Shown: piece after piece, positions 40,635 through 51,888 of the stretch
Position numbering within the stretch: position 1 is the first letter of the stretch
Layout: each line of letters starts with the position of its first letter
Origin: Alphaproteobacteria bacterium
GTDB taxonomy: Bacteria; Pseudomonadota; Alphaproteobacteria; Bin95
Length of the DNA: 64,000 nucleotides
Reading direction: 5' to 3'
NCBI GenBank assembly: GCA_965220855.1
Contig: CBDCQY010000002.1
Span: 359,542 to 423,541, forward strand
The notes under the pieces: model-generated
What the model was told of the DNA's origin: nothing
Database searches by the model: none
What the model saw: only the letters and a program-made list of their open reading frames with translations
Program-made: the position numbers and the translations under genes

Positions 40635-42143
40635 TCAGTTGGCCTGGCGCTTCAGGAAGGCCGGGATATCCAGATTCTCCTCGTCCTCGGCCGGAGCCGC
40701 CGCGCCGCCGCCGATGCTCTGTTCCAGCACCGAAGGCTCCTGCGCCGCAGCGCCCTGGTCGCGGCCGAGAATGCCGGGCAAGCCGAACCAGGTGCGGCGG
40801 GGCGCGGCCGGCTGCGGGGCCGGGCGCGGCTGCGGGCCGGCGGTCGGCTGGGTGCGGATCACGGGCGCCTTGCGCGGCGTGACGGCCTCTCTGGGCGCGA
40901 AGCCGTCGCCGGTTCCGGTGAGGCGCGGCGCGGCGGGGCGCGCCCGCTCGACGGCCTCGGCCGCCGCCTCCTCGGCCCGGTCTTCCCGGAGAGCGGCCGT
41001 CTGCGCGGCGGCCGCCGGTTCTGCGGCGGCCGGGGCCTCTTCTTCGCCGCCGGCGTCGTCCGCGTCGGACTCTGCCGCCGCCATCGCCGCCGCCTCCTCC
41101 TCCGCCGCAGCGGCGTTGTCCGCGACCAGCCGCACCGTTTCGATCGGCGCGGGGCGGGGCTGGGCATGGTTCTGGGCGTCGATGCCGGTGGCGACCACCG
41201 ACACGCGCATCCTGCCCTCCATGGCCTCGTCGAGCGTCGAGCCGAAGATGATGTTGGCGTCGTTATCGACTTCCTTGCGGATGCGGTTGGCGGCTTCATC
41301 GACCTCCATCAGCCCCATGTCGAAACCGCCGGTGATGTTGATCAGCACCGCCTGCGCGCCGCACATGCTGGTGTCGTCGAGCAGCGGGTTCTCGATCGCG
41401 GCCTCGGCGGCGTCGATCGCCCGGGTCTCGCCCTGGGCCTCGCCGGTGCCCATCATGGCCTTGCCCATCTCGCGCATCACCGAGCGGATGTCGGCGAAGT
41501 CGAGATTGACCAGGCCGGGCTTGACCATCAGGTCGGTGACGCCGCGCACGCCCGAATGCAGCACATCGTCGGCCATCTGGAAGGCCTCGGCGAGCGTGGT
41601 GCGCGGGTCGGCGAGCTGGAACAGGTTCTGGTTGGGGATGATGATCAGCGTATCGACGAACTTGGCCAGCTCCTCGATGCCCTTCTCGGCGGCGCGCATC
41701 CGCCGGGTGCCCTCGAAGGTGAAGGGCTTGGTGACCACGCCGACGGTCAGCACGCCGCGCTCGCGCGCCGCCCGCGCGATCACCGGGGCCGCGCCGGTGC
41801 CGGTGCCGCCGCCCATGCCGGCGGTGATGAACAGCATGTGGCTGCCGTCGATCTGCGCCACGACCTCGTCGAGCGCCTCTTCCGCCGCCGAGCGCCCGAT
41901 ATCCGGCTCCGCGCCGGCGCCCAGGCCGTTGGTGAGATTGGCGCCGAGCCGGATGCGGTTGGGCGCGTCGGAGAGGCCGAGCGCCTGCGCATCGGTGTTG
42001 GCGACCAGGAACTCCACGCCCTGAAGCTCGGAGCGGATCATGTTGTTGACGGCGTTGCCGCCGGCGCCGCCGACCCCGATGACGGTGATCCTGGGTCTCA
42101 TTTCGGCGTAGTCGGCCGTTGGATGGAGGGTCAGCCTGTTCAT
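40635..42143 (-). CDS. ftsZ: Cell division protein FtsZ with long Ala/Glu/Pro linker
   Basis: [27 protein letters not shown]-terminal [12 protein letters not shown]. Confidence 0.98.
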   Translation of the reverse strand: MNRLTLHPTADYAEMRPRITVIGVGGAGGNAVNNMIRSELQGVEFLVANTDAQALGLSDAPNRIRLGANLTNGLGAGAEPDIGRSAAEEALDEVVAQIDGSHMLFITAGMGGGTGTGAAPVIARAARERGVLTVGVVTKPFTFEGTRRMRAAEKGIEELAKFVDTLIIIPNQNLFQLADPRTTLAEAFQMADDVLHSGVRGVTDLMVKPGLVNLDFADIRSVMREMGKAMMGTGEAQGETRAIDAAEAAIENPLLDDTSMCGAQAVLINITGGFDMGLMEVDEAANRIRKEVDNDANIIFGSTLDEAMEGRMRVSVVATGIDAQNHAQPRPAPIETVRLVADNAAAAEEEAAAMAAAESDADDAGGEEEAPAAAEPAAAAQTAALREDRAEEAAAEAVERARPAAPRLTGTGDGFAPREAVTPRKAPVIRTQPTAGPQPRPAPQPAAPRRTWFGLPGILGRDQGAAAQEPSVLEQSIGGGAAAPAEDEENLDIPAFLKRQAN

Positions 42144-42192
42144 CGGGATGCTCCTGTTCGTGTGCTGCGGTGTCTCATGGGGAAGGTGCGGA

Positions 42193-43425
42193 TCAGATGC
42201 GCTCGCGCATCCAGGCGCCGACGCGGCCGAGCAGAAGGCCCGCTCTGAGGCCGAGCGGCGGCGAGGCGAGGGAGAGGTCGGTCTCGTCGGTGGCGGCGTG
42301 GATCAGCAGGCCGGCGCAGGCGGCGTAGGCGGGGCCCGCGCGCGACTCGGCGATGCGGAAGGCGGGGCCGAGCATTCCGGGGCGGACCTGGCGCTCCAGG
42401 ATGAGCTCGCCGAGCCGCTCGGCGCCGACCAGCTGGCTGGCGCCGCCGGCCAGCACCACCCGCCGACCGGCCTCGCGCCGCGCATAGGTCTCGTCCAGCC
42501 GCGCCCGCACGCGCTCGAAGGTCTGCTCCATGCGCGGGGTCACGATCTGGGGGAGATAGGGCGGCTCGGGCTCGCGGCTGCCGGGCTCGAAGGGAGGCAT
42601 ATGCCCGCCGGCGGGCGCGGTCTCGTCGAGCGAGCCGCTCAGGCAGCTCGCATCCTTGACCTTGACCTCCTCCGCCGACCGGAAGCCGAGCGAGAAGGCG
42701 TAGGCGATGTCCTCGGTCAGCCGCTTGCCGCCCTTCCGGAGCACGTCCACGAAGGTGAGGCCGCGGCTGCCGAAGACCGCCATGCCGGTGGTGCCGCCGC
42801 CCATATCGACCACGGCGATGCCGAGTTCGCGATCCTCGCGCTTCAGCAGCGCCAGGCCGGCGGCGTAGGGCGAGGGCAGGATGGCCGCGACCTCGACATG
42901 GGCCGCCTTGACGCAGGATTCGAGATTGGCGATCGGCCCGGCCTCGGCCGTGACCGCATGGAGGTCGATGCCGAGGCGCGACCCGTACATGCCGATCGCG
43001 TTCTCCACGCCGGGCGCGCCATCGACGATATAGTCCAGCGTGCGGACCAGCAGCAGGCGGCGATTGGCGGTGTCGATGCGCGCGCGGGCGGCCTGCTGCA
43101 CGTTGCGGATGTCCGCCGGCAGGATTTTCGGGCCGGCCACGGGCAGTTCGAGGCGGATGCGCTGGCTGGCCGGCCGCCCGCCGCTGGTGGCGACATGGAT
43201 GCGCTCCACCTCGGCCCCGGCCATGCGTTCCGCCTGGGCGATCGCCGTGGCGATGGCCTCGCTGGCGGCGGGGATGTCGGTCACCGCGCCCTCGACGATG
43301 CCGCGCGAGGCGCGGTCGCCGATGCCGAGCACCTCGTAGCCGCCATCCTCCTCGACCTTGCCGATGAAGCAGCAGACCTTGGTGCTGCCGACATCGAGCG
43401 CTGCAATGATGTTTCCCCGAGCCAT
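42193..43425 (-). CDS. ftsA: Cell division protein FtsA
   Basis: [24 protein letters not shown]-terminal amphipathic WMRERI. Confidence 0.93.
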   Translation of the reverse strand: MARGNIIAALDVGSTKVCCFIGKVEEDGGYEVLGIGDRASRGIVEGAVTDIPAASEAIATAIAQAERMAGAEVERIHVATSGGRPASQRIRLELPVAGPKILPADIRNVQQAARARIDTANRRLLLVRTLDYIVDGAPGVENAIGMYGSRLGIDLHAVTAEAGPIANLESCVKAAHVEVAAILPSPYAAGLALLKREDRELGIAVVDMGGGTTGMAVFGSRGLTFVDVLRKGGKRLTEDIAYAFSLGFRSAEEVKVKDASCLSGSLDETAPAGGHMPPFEPGSREPEPPYLPQIVTPRMEQTFERVRARLDETYARREAGRRVVLAGGASQLVGAERLGELILERQVRPGMLGPAFRIAESRAGPAYAACAGLLIHAATDETDLSLASPPLGLRAGLLLGRVGAWMRERI

Positions 43426-43429
43426 CGGT

Positions 43430-44194
43430 TCAGCTCCGTTCCCCGGCTTCGTTCCCGGCCATGCGCAGCACCATCCGATCCCGGAAGCGCATGTCGATCA
43501 GCGCGACCTCGCCGTCCAGCAGCCGGCGCTCGCGGTCGATCTGCGCCAGGCGGGTCCAGGCGGCGGCCGCCTCTTCCTCCGGCAGGCGGACCTCGATCCG
43601 CCAGTCGAGATGGACGTTCCAGCGCCGCCCCGACACATGCGAAAGCCCGGTGATGCGCCGGGCGATGTCCGGCTCGCGGCGCAGCATGGCGAGCATGGCG
43701 GGCGCTTCCTCGGGCGCGCGCGCGCCCCGGATCACCGGCAGATGGGCGTGCTGCTTCGGGTCGGCGCCGGCGATCGGCCGGCCGCGGCCGTCGATCACCG
43801 CAAAGTCCGCGCCGCGATCCCAGACCGCCAGCGTCTCGCGCTCGACCAGGCGCACCACCAGCAGGTTCGGCAGGGCGCGCTCGACCTCGGCCTCTCGCAC
43901 CCAGGGCAGCGCCTCGATGCGCTCGCGCGCGCCGCGAATATCGACCGCCAGGATGGGCGCGCCGGCGGTGGCCCCGAGCGCGCTGCGCACATCGCTCGCC
44001 GGGGTGCGCTCGCGCCCCACCACCACCACCTCGCCGACGGCGAAGCCCGCCCGGACCGAGAGCGCGAGGCCGCGCTCGACCAGCCGGTCGGCCTGGCGCG
44101 CCGCCCAGCCGGTCTCGACCGCGAGCGCCCCGGCGCCGCAAAGCAGCGCCAGCGCGAGGCCCAGCAGGCGCGAGCGGCGGAAGAGGGCGCTCAC
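43430..44194 (-). CDS. ftsQ: Cell division protein FtsQ
   Basis: TM helix, POTRA domain (LPWVREAEVERALP), RRWN, IDMR; GTG start coupled to the ddl stop (ATG at 44203 is the alternative). Confidence 0.9.
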   Translation of the reverse strand: MSALFRRSRLLGLALALLCGAGALAVETGWAARQADRLVERGLALSVRAGFAVGEVVVVGRERTPASDVRSALGATAGAPILAVDIRGARERIEALPWVREAEVERALPNLLVVRLVERETLAVWDRGADFAVIDGRGRPIAGADPKQHAHLPVIRGARAPEEAPAMLAMLRREPDIARRITGLSHVSGRRWNVHLDWRIEVRLPEEEAAAAWTRLAQIDRERRLLDGEVALIDMRFRDRMVLRMAGNEAGERS

Positions 44195-45090
44195 GAGCCG
44201 CATCGCGCCGCCTCCGTCATCAGTTTCACCAGACTCGGAAAATCGATGCCCGCATGGGCCGCGATCTCCGGCACCAGCGACAGCGGCGTCATGCCCGGCT
44301 GGGTGTTGACCTCCAGCAGGTAGAGCGCGCCCCGGCTGTCGTCATAGCGGAAGTCGGCGCGCGTCACCGACCGGCAGCCGAGCGCGGCGTGCGCGCGTTC
44401 GGCGAAGTCGCGGGCGAGCGCCTCGACGCCGGCGTCGATGGGCGCGGGGATCAGATGGTCGGCGCGCGCCTCGGTATATTTGGTGTCATAGTCGTAGAAG
44501 CCCCGGTAGGGACGGATTTCCAGCACGCCGAGCGCCCGCCCGTCCTGCACGGCGACGGTCAGTTCGCGCCCCGGAATGTAGCGCTCGACCAGCACCCGCT
44601 CGCCGAAGGGCCAGGAGGCTTCCGTCAGCGGGGCGGTGTTGGAGCCTTCCTCCACGATGACGACGCCGACGCTGGAGCCTTCCGCGACGGGCTTCAGCAC
44701 ATAGGGCGGCGGCATGGTGTCGTGGGCGGCCGCCAGCGGCGCGACCGCGCCCTCCGGCACCGCGATGCCGGCGGCCCGGAACACCGCCTTGGCCGCCGCC
44801 TTGTCCATGGCGAGCGCGGAGGCGCCGACGCCGGAATGGGTGTAGGGGATGCCCATCAGCTCCAGCAGCCCCTGGATGCAGCCGTCCTCGCCGAAGCGCC
44901 CGTGCAGCGCGTTGAAGACGGCGTCGGGCGGCGGCGTCAGCCGCGCGGCGAGCGCGGCGATGTCGGCCCCGACATCGATCGGATCGACCGCATAGCCGAG
45001 CTTGTCCATCGCCTCGCACACCGCCCGCCCGGTGGTCAGCGAGACCTCGCGCTCGGCCGAAACGCCGCCCATCAGCACCGCGACCCGCAT
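44191..45090 (-). CDS. ddl: D-alanine--D-alanine ligase
   Basis: GGVSAEREVS, LHGRFGEDG, EGSSVG, EVNTQPGMT. Confidence 0.96.
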   Translation of the reverse strand: MRVAVLMGGVSAEREVSLTTGRAVCEAMDKLGYAVDPIDVGADIAALAARLTPPPDAVFNALHGRFGEDGCIQGLLELMGIPYTHSGVGASALAMDKAAAKAVFRAAGIAVPEGAVAPLAAAHDTMPPPYVLKPVAEGSSVGVVIVEEGSNTAPLTEASWPFGERVLVERYIPGRELTVAVQDGRALGVLEIRPYRGFYDYDTKYTEARADHLIPAPIDAGVEALARDFAERAHAALGCRSVTRADFRYDDSRGALYLLEVNTQPGMTPLSLVPEIAAHAGIDFPSLVKLMTEAARCGS

Positions 45091-45992
45091 CACGAAGCGC
45101 CCTCCCGCCGGCGGCCGAAGCGCTCGATCTCCCAGTCCAGGCGGACGCCGGCGCTCGCCAGCACCCGGTCGCGCAGCGTCTCGCCCAGATCCTCCAGCTC
45201 GGCCGCCGTCGCCGCGCCGGTATTGACCAGGAAGTTGCAATGCCGCTCGGAGACCATCGCGCCGCCGAGCTTCAGGCCCCGGCAGCCGGCCCGGTCGATC
45301 AGCTCCCAGGCTTTGGCGCCGGGCGGATTGCGGAAGGTCGAGCCGCCGGTGCGCGAGCGGATCGGCTGGCTCGCCTCGCGCGCGGCGGCGATCTCGGCCA
45401 TCCGGGCGCGCACGGCCTCCGGCGCCTCCGGCGCGCCCCGGAAGCGCGCGGAGAGGAAGACCGGGCCCTTCGCCAGCGCATGGCCGCGATAGCGGAAGCC
45501 GAAATCCGCCGCCGCGAGCCGCAGCGTCGCGCCGCTGCGGTCCATCGCCTCGGCGTCGAGCAGCGCATCGGCGGTCTCGCGACCGTAGGCCCCGGCGTTC
45601 ATGGCGAGCGCGCCGCCCACCGTGCCCGGAATGCCGGAGAGGAACTCCAGCCCGCCGAGGCCGGCCTCGGCCGCCGCCCGCGCGACATGGACCGAGAGCG
45701 CCGCCGCGCCGGCGACCACCGTGTCGTCTTCTACCCGGATGTCGGCGAAGCCGCGCCCCAGGCGCAGCACCAGCCCCTCGATGCCGCCGTCGCGCACCAG
45801 CGCATTGGAGGCGACGCCCAGCACCGTCAGCCCCATCTCCTCGGGCAGTCCCGCCAGCAGCGCCCGGAGGTCGTCCCGATCCACCGGCCGGGCCATGATC
45901 TCCGCCGGGCCGCCGACGCCGAACCAGGTGATGCGGTCGAGCGGCGCGCCCCGCGTCAGGCGGCCGCGAATGCAGGGCAGAGGGCGGCTCAC
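45090..45992 (-). CDS. murB: UDP-N-acetylmuramate dehydrogenase
   Basis: TWFGVGGPA, IPGTVGG, MNAGAYG, TGGSTFRNP, HCNF. Confidence 0.96.
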   Translation of the reverse strand: MSRPLPCIRGRLTRGAPLDRITWFGVGGPAEIMARPVDRDDLRALLAGLPEEMGLTVLGVASNALVRDGGIEGLVLRLGRGFADIRVEDDTVVAGAAALSVHVARAAAEAGLGGLEFLSGIPGTVGGALAMNAGAYGRETADALLDAEAMDRSGATLRLAAADFGFRYRGHALAKGPVFLSARFRGAPEAPEAVRARMAEIAAAREASQPIRSRTGGSTFRNPPGAKAWELIDRAGCRGLKLGGAMVSERHCNFLVNTGAATAAELEDLGETLRDRVLASAGVRLDWEIERFGRRREGAS

Positions 45993-47374
45993 GACCGGCC
46001 CTCCCGGAGCGCGGCCGGCAGGGCGTGCGCCCAGGCGGTGATCGAGCCGGCGCCGAGGCACACGATGGTGTCACCGGGCGCGGCCCAGGCGGCGGCCCGC
46101 TCCACCAGCTCCGGCAGGCCGTCGATGGGCGCGATGTCGGGATGTCCGCCGGCGCGGGCCGCCGCCACCAGCGTGTCGCGGTCGGCGCCCGCGATGGGAG
46201 CCTCGCCGGCGGCATAGACCGGCGCGACCAGCACCTTGTCCGCCTGGCCGAAGCAGCCGGCGAAGTCCGCCAGCAGCGCGTGCAGCCGGCTGTAGCGGTG
46301 CGGCTGCATCACCGCCATGACGCGGCCCCGGCCGGCGAGGCGCGCGGTGGCGAGCACGGCGCGGATCTCGGTCGGATGGTGGCCGTAATCGTCGATGATG
46401 CGCACGCCGCCCACCTCTCCGGCGAGGCTGAAGCGCCGCTCCACGCCCCGGAAGCCGGCCAGCGCCCGGCGGACGGCCTCCTCCGGCAGGCCCAGCAGAT
46501 GCGCCACCGCCACGGCCGCGAGCGCATTCTGCGCGTTGTGGCGGCCGGGAACGCCGATCTCCAGCGCCTCGATCTCGAGCGCGCCCGAGACGTCGAGCCG
46601 GCTGCCGTCCGGGCCGAGCCGGAGCCGCTCGCCCCGGACCTCGGCGGCGGGCGCGAAGCCGTAGCCGAGCGTGCGCCGGCGGCAGCCCGCCGCCAGCTTC
46701 GCCGCGCCCGGATCGTCCGCCGACAGCACCGCCGCGCCGAAGGGCGGCGGCGCATCCGCGAAGCGCGCGAAACAGGCCTCCAGCTCCGCCAGGTCGCGGT
46801 AATGCTCCAGATGCTCGGCCTCGATGTTGGTCACCACCGCGATCGTCGCCGGCAGGTTGAGGAAGGAGCGGTCGCTCTCGTCGGCCTCCAGCACGATCCA
46901 GGGGCCGCGCCCGAGGCGGACGTTGGAGCCGACCCCGTTCAGCACGCCGCCATTGACCACTGTGGGGTCCAGCCCGCCGGCCTCCAGCACGGCCGCGATC
47001 ATCGCCGTGGTGGTGGTCTTGCCATGCGTGCCCGAAACCGCGATCGGCCAGGCCAGCGCGGCGAGCGCCGCCAGCGCCTCGGAGCGGTGCAGCACCGGCA
47101 GGCCGCGCCGCCGCGCCTCCAGGCGCTCGGGATTGTCTTCCGGCACCGCGGTCGAGACCACGACCGCCGCCGCCGCCCCCAGATTGCCGGCGTCATGGCC
47201 GATCCGCACCGGCAGGCCGAGCGCCTCCAGGCGCGCCGTGTTGGCGCTCGGGGCGGCGTCGCTGCCGCCGACGGCGCAGCCGAGCCGGTGCAGCAGCTCC
47301 GCCACGCCGCTCATGCCGATGCCGCCGATGCCGACGAAATGCAGCGGGCCGAAGGGCAGGGGGAGCGGCCTCAT
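45989..47374 (-). CDS. murC: UDP-N-acetylmuramate--L-alanine ligase
   Basis: HFVGIGGIGMSG, GTHGKTTT, EADESD, DDYGHHPTE, QPHRYSR. Confidence 0.96.
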   Translation of the reverse strand: MRPLPLPFGPLHFVGIGGIGMSGVAELLHRLGCAVGGSDAAPSANTARLEALGLPVRIGHDAGNLGAAAAVVVSTAVPEDNPERLEARRRGLPVLHRSEALAALAALAWPIAVSGTHGKTTTTAMIAAVLEAGGLDPTVVNGGVLNGVGSNVRLGRGPWIVLEADESDRSFLNLPATIAVVTNIEAEHLEHYRDLAELEACFARFADAPPPFGAAVLSADDPGAAKLAAGCRRRTLGYGFAPAAEVRGERLRLGPDGSRLDVSGALEIEALEIGVPGRHNAQNALAAVAVAHLLGLPEEAVRRALAGFRGVERRFSLAGEVGGVRIIDDYGHHPTEIRAVLATARLAGRGRVMAVMQPHRYSRLHALLADFAGCFGQADKVLVAPVYAAGEAPIAGADRDTLVAAARAGGHPDIAPIDGLPELVERAAAWAAPGDTIVCLGAGSITAWAHALPAALREGRS

Positions 47375-48408
47375 GGCGCGGCCCGCCCGGCGGCGTCGAG
47401 CACGAAATCGGCCAGAGCGTCCGCCGCCTGCGGCCGCCCGCCGCGCCCGGCCGCGGCCGCCGCCGCCGCCAGGCCCTCGGGGTCGTCGAGGCGCGCCTCC
47501 ACCAGCTCGCGCACGCGGGCGGCGGTGAAGTCGGACTCGGGCAGCAGCCAGCCGCCGCCCGCCTCGGTCGCCGAGCGGGCGTTGACGCTCTGATGGTCGT
47601 CCATGGCGTGGGGGTAGGGGACCAGGATCGCCGGCCGTCCGGCCGCGGCGAGTTCCGCCACCGTGGAGGCGCCCGCCCTGGCGATGACCAGATGCGCCTC
47701 GGCGAGCGCGTCCGCCATATCCTCGATGAACGGCTCCAGCCGCGCCTCGACGCCGGCCGCCAGATAGGCCGCTCGCGCCGCTTCCAGGTCTTCCGGGCGG
47801 CATTGCTGGCGCACGGTCAGCCGTCCCGCGAGCGGCGCCAGCGCCTCCGGCAGCACGGCGGAGAACACATGCGCGCCCTGGCTGCCGCCGAAGACCAGCA
47901 GGCGCAGCTTCTCGCCGGCCGCCGGCGGGCGATACGGCCGCTCCGCCAGCGCCGCGATCTCCGGGCGCACCGGATTGCCGACGAAGCGCTCGCCGAGACC
48001 CGGAAAGCCGCCCGCGACCCGCACCCGGCCGCGCGCCAGCAGCCGGTTGGCGCGTCCGAGCACGGCGTTCTGCTCATGCAGCACGGTCGCGAGCCCCAGC
48101 CAGCGCGCCGCCAGCACGGTCGGCGCGGAGGGATAGCCGCCGAAGCCCACCACGGCGCGCGCGCCGGCGCGGCGCAGCACCCGGCGCGCGTCCAGCACGC
48201 CGAGCGCCAGGCAGGCGAGGCCGCGCAGGCTGCGGGGCGCGGCCGCGCGGATGATGTGCGCCGGCGCATCCCCGGCGAAGGCCGCGCCGCGCCGGTCGGT
48301 CACTGCGATCACCGGCTCGCCGCGCGCCTTGAGGCAGGCGGCGAAGGCGCGGGCGGGAAACATGTGGCCCCCGGAGCCGCCGGCGGCGATGGCGATCGGC
48401 CCGGCCAT
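47371..48408 (-). CDS. murG: Undecaprenyl-PP-MurNAc-pentapeptide GlcNAc transferase
   Basis: GGSGGH, GFGGY, HEQN, GNPVR, GGSQGA, RAGAST, DDHQ..NA. Confidence 0.96.
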   Translation of the reverse strand: MAGPIAIAAGGSGGHMFPARAFAACLKARGEPVIAVTDRRGAAFAGDAPAHIIRAAAPRSLRGLACLALGVLDARRVLRRAGARAVVGFGGYPSAPTVLAARWLGLATVLHEQNAVLGRANRLLARGRVRVAGGFPGLGERFVGNPVRPEIAALAERPYRPPAAGEKLRLLVFGGSQGAHVFSAVLPEALAPLAGRLTVRQQCRPEDLEAARAAYLAAGVEARLEPFIEDMADALAEAHLVIARAGASTVAELAAAGRPAILVPYPHAMDDHQSVNARSATEAGGGWLLPESDFTAARVRELVEARLDDPEGLAAAAAAAGRGGRPQAADALADFVLDAAGRAAP

Positions 48409-49532
48409 CACAGCACCTCCGCCTGCCCGTCGCGGCGCCGGTTGAGCGCCAGCACCAGGCCGAGCGAGATCGAGGCCGACATCAGCGCCGAGCCGCCATA
48501 GCTGAGGAAGGGCAGGGTCATGCCCTTGGTCGGGATCAGCTCCAGGGCCGAGGCCATGTTGATGAACGCCTGCAGGCCGAAGCTCGCGAGCAGGCCGGTG
48601 ACCGCCAGGAAGACGAACAGATTTTCCTCGGCCATCAGCCGCACCGCGCCGCGACACACGATCAGCCCGTAAAGCGCGATCACCGCCAGGCACACCAGAA
48701 TGCCGAACTCTTCGCCCAGCACCGGGAAGATGAAGTCCGCATGGGCGTCCGGCAGGGTCTGCTTGACCGCGCCTTCGCCGGGTCCCCGCCCCACCAGGCC
48801 GCCCTCGCGGAAGGAGAGCAGCGAGCGGCCGATCTGATAGCGGTCGCTGCCGCCGTCGCCGAGAAAGGCGTCGATGCGCGCCGCGACATGAGAGAAGCCG
48901 AAATAGCTGCCGACGCCGACGCCGGCAGCCAGCAGACAGACCAGCCCGAGCGCCGGCAGCGACATGCCGGCCACGATGAACTGCCCGAACCAGACCGCGA
49001 CGATCATGAAGGTCATGCCCACATCCGGCTGCGCCAGCAGCAGCGCCGCCACGGCCGCCAGGAGCCCGGCCGCGACCCAGTGCCCGCGCGACCCCTCCGC
49101 GATGCGGTAGCGCGCGAACAGCCAGGCGGAGACCACCGCCATGCCGGGCTTCAGGAACTCCGAGGGCTGCAGGCTGGCGAAGCCGAACGAGAGCCAGCGC
49201 TGCGCGCCCTTGGCCTCGGAGCCGACGAACAGCGTCGCCAGGGTGAGCAGGAAGGCGCCGGCGCAGATCAGCACGCCGGCCTGCAGCACCTGGGTCGGAT
49301 TCAGCAGGGCACAGCCGACCAGCAGCGCCAGCGCGGGCGGCAGGAACAGCAGATGCTTCAGCAGGAAATGGAAGCGCGGGTCGCCGTTCAGCTCCGCGAC
49401 CGCCGGCCCGGCGCTGGCGATCAGCACCACGCCGAAGACGATCAGCGCGGAGACGGCGCCGAGCGTCACCCGATCGACCGTCCAGGTCCATTGCGCAATC
49501 CAGCTGCGGTCGGTGCGCGGCAGCAGCTTCAT
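48408..49532 (-). CDS. ftsW: Peptidoglycan polymerase FtsW
   Basis: GAQRW, QPSEF, QPDVG, PDAHADFIF, PTKGMTLPFLSYGGS. Confidence 0.96.
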   Translation of the reverse strand: MKLLPRTDRSWIAQWTWTVDRVTLGAVSALIVFGVVLIASAGPAVAELNGDPRFHFLLKHLLFLPPALALLVGCALLNPTQVLQAGVLICAGAFLLTLATLFVGSEAKGAQRWLSFGFASLQPSEFLKPGMAVVSAWLFARYRIAEGSRGHWVAAGLLAAVAALLLAQPDVGMTFMIVAVWFGQFIVAGMSLPALGLVCLLAAGVGVGSYFGFSHVAARIDAFLGDGGSDRYQIGRSLLSFREGGLVGRGPGEGAVKQTLPDAHADFIFPVLGEEFGILVCLAVIALYGLIVCRGAVRLMAEENLFVFLAVTGLLASFGLQAFINMASALELIPTKGMTLPFLSYGGSALMSASISLGLVLALNRRRDGQAEVL

Positions 49533-50797
49533 GACGCGCCCGCCTCTACGACCATGAGCGCGCGCACGACGGCGCGGAAGGCGTCGCCGCGCGCCTCGTA
49601 GCTATCCCACTGGTCGAAGGAGGCCGCCGCCGGGGCCAGCAGCACCACCTCGCCGGGCCGGGCGTCGCGATGGGCGGCGACGAGCGCCGTGGCCAGGTTG
49701 CCGCACCGCGAGACCGGGGCATGGCCCTCCAGGGCGCGGGCGAAGGGCGCTTCGGAGGCGCCGATCAGATAGGCTTTGGCGATGCGCCCGAACCAGGGGC
49801 GGAGCGCATCCAGATCGTCGGTCTTGGCATGGCCGCCGGCGATCCAGCGCACGCGCTCGAAGCTCGCGAGCGCGAGCGCGGCCGAGTCCGGATTGGTCGC
49901 CTTGCTGTCGTTCACATAGCGCACGCCGGCGATCTCGCCGACGGTCTCCAGCCGGTGCTGCAGGCCCTCGAAGCCCTCCATGGCGCCGAGCGCCGCATCG
50001 CGGTCGAGCCCGAGCGCCTCCAGCGCCGCCAGCGCGGCGGCCGCGTTGCGGCGATTGTGCGGGCCGGGCAGGCGGGGGAGCGCCGGTCCGTCCGGCCCGA
50101 GGATCGTCGGCCGGCGGCCGGCCTCCTCCAGGCGGTGCGCGATGCGCCGGCACCAGGCGTCGCCGGAGCCGAGGATGGCGGCGGCGCGATTGTCGAAGAT
50201 GCGCGCCTTGTCGGCCGCATAGCGGTGCAGCCCGCCATGGCGGTCGAGATGGTCGGCGGCGATGTTCAGCAGCAGCGCGATGTCGAAGGCCGGGTCCGGC
50301 AGCAGCGCGAGCTGATAGGAGGAGAGCTCCAGCACATAGACGCCGCCGGCCCCGAGCGCCGGCAGGCCGAGCGCCGCCGGCCCCAGATTGCCGCCGATGG
50401 CGTGGGGAACGCCGAGGGCCGCCAGCGCATGGCCGATCAGCGCCGTGACGGTCGATTTGCCGTTGGTGCCGGTGACGGCGACGAAGCGGCAGTCGGGCCG
50501 GGCTTCCAGCAGCAGGGCCAGGTCCGCAACCGGATCGACGCCGGCGGCGCGCGCCCGGCGGGCGAGCGGATGCGGGCGCGGGTGCAGGAAGGGGATGCCC
50601 GGGCTCCAGACCAGCCGGTCGAGGCCGGCCGGGTCGAAGGGGCCGGCCTCGCCGAACTCCCCGCGCGCCTCCGGCCGGTCGTCCCAGGCCTCGACCCGCG
50701 CGCCCGAGGCCGCAAGCGCGGCCGCCGCCGCCCGCCCGGAGCGCCCGAGGCCCATGACGCCCACCCTGGCGCCGCGATATGCCGGCAGCGCGATCAT
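49529..50797 (-). CDS. murD: UDP-MurNAc-L-Ala--D-glutamate ligase
   Basis: [37 protein letters not shown]. Confidence 0.95.
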   Translation of the reverse strand: MIALPAYRGARVGVMGLGRSGRAAAAALAASGARVEAWDDRPEARGEFGEAGPFDPAGLDRLVWSPGIPFLHPRPHPLARRARAAGVDPVADLALLLEARPDCRFVAVTGTNGKSTVTALIGHALAALGVPHAIGGNLGPAALGLPALGAGGVYVLELSSYQLALLPDPAFDIALLLNIAADHLDRHGGLHRYAADKARIFDNRAAAILGSGDAWCRRIAHRLEEAGRRPTILGPDGPALPRLPGPHNRRNAAAALAALEALGLDRDAALGAMEGFEGLQHRLETVGEIAGVRYVNDSKATNPDSAALALASFERVRWIAGGHAKTDDLDALRPWFGRIAKAYLIGASEAPFARALEGHAPVSRCGNLATALVAAHRDARPGEVVLLAPAAASFDQWDSYEARGDAFRAVVRALMVVEAGAS

Positions 50798-51882
50798 CGG
50801 AGCTTCAGGGTCGCGAGGCCGGCGAGCGCCAGCACCACCGCGATGATCCAGAAGCGGATGACGATGGTCGGCTCCTTCCAGCCCTTCTGCTCGTAATGAT
50901 GGTGCAGCGGCGCCATGCGGAAGACGCGCTTGCCGGTGAGCTTGAAGGAGGCCACCTGGACGATGACCGAGACCGCCTCCAGCACGAACAGCCCGCCGAC
51001 GATGGCCAGCACCAGCTCATGCTTGGTGACCACCGCCACGGAGCCGAGCGCGCCGCCGCAGGCGAGCGAGCCGGTGTCGCCCATGAACACCATGGCGGGC
51101 GGCGCGTTGTACCAGAGGAAGCCGAGCGAGGCGCCGACCAGCGCGCCGCAGAGCACGGTGAGCTCGCCCGCGCCCGGCACGGCGTGGATTTGCAGATAGT
51201 CCGCGAACAGCGCGTGGCCCGAGAGATAGGCGATCAGCCCGAAGCAGGCGGCGGCGATCATCACCGGCACGATCGCCAGCCCGTCCAGCCCGTCGGTGAG
51301 ATTGACGGCGTTCGACGCGCCGGTCATCACCAGCACCGCGAAAGGCACCGCCAGCCAGCCGAGATCGATCAGCAGATGCTTGAACATCGGGATGGCGAGG
51401 CCGTAGCCGAGCGGCGCGCCGAGGATCTCGGCCAGCAGGATCGCCGCCACGGCGCTGACCGCGACCTGGATCGCGAGCTTGGTCTTGCCGGAAAGGCCGT
51501 GGCTGCTGCGCCGGGTGAGCTTCAGATAGTCGTCGCGGAAGCCGACCAGGCCGAAGGCGAGCGTCACCGCCAGCACGATCCACACATAGGCGTTGGAGAG
51601 ATCGGCCCAAAGCAGGGTGCTGGCGACCAGCGCGATCAGGATCAGCGCGCCGCCCATGGTGGGCGTGCCGCGCTTGGTCTCCAGATGGGAGGCCGGGCCG
51701 TCGTCGCGGATCGGCTGGCCCTCGCCCTGGCGGGCGCGCAGCCAGGCGATCAGGGCGGGGCCGAGCAGGAAGCTCAGCGCCAGCGCCGTCAGCGTGGCCG
51801 CCCCGGAGCGGAAGGTGAGATAGCGGAACAGGTTGAAGACCTGGAAATCGTCCGCGAGCGGCGCGAGGAGATTGTAGAGCAT
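50794..51882 (-). CDS. mraY: Phospho-MurNAc-pentapeptide transferase
   Basis: [35 protein letters not shown]. Confidence 0.97.
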   Translation of the reverse strand: MLYNLLAPLADDFQVFNLFRYLTFRSGAATLTALALSFLLGPALIAWLRARQGEGQPIRDDGPASHLETKRGTPTMGGALILIALVASTLLWADLSNAYVWIVLAVTLAFGLVGFRDDYLKLTRRSSHGLSGKTKLAIQVAVSAVAAILLAEILGAPLGYGLAIPMFKHLLIDLGWLAVPFAVLVMTGASNAVNLTDGLDGLAIVPVMIAAACFGLIAYLSGHALFADYLQIHAVPGAGELTVLCGALVGASLGFLWYNAPPAMVFMGDTGSLACGGALGSVAVVTKHELVLAIVGGLFVLEAVSVIVQVASFKLTGKRVFRMAPLHHHYEQKGWKEPTIVIRFWIIAVVLALAGLATLKLR

Positions 51883-51888
51883 CGGCCC

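Noticed and set aside
40700-41170. Repeat-like Ala/Glu/Pro tract in ftsZ
   Set aside because: This is the ordinary disordered linker of alphaproteobacterial FtsZ, with no exact DNA repeat unit.
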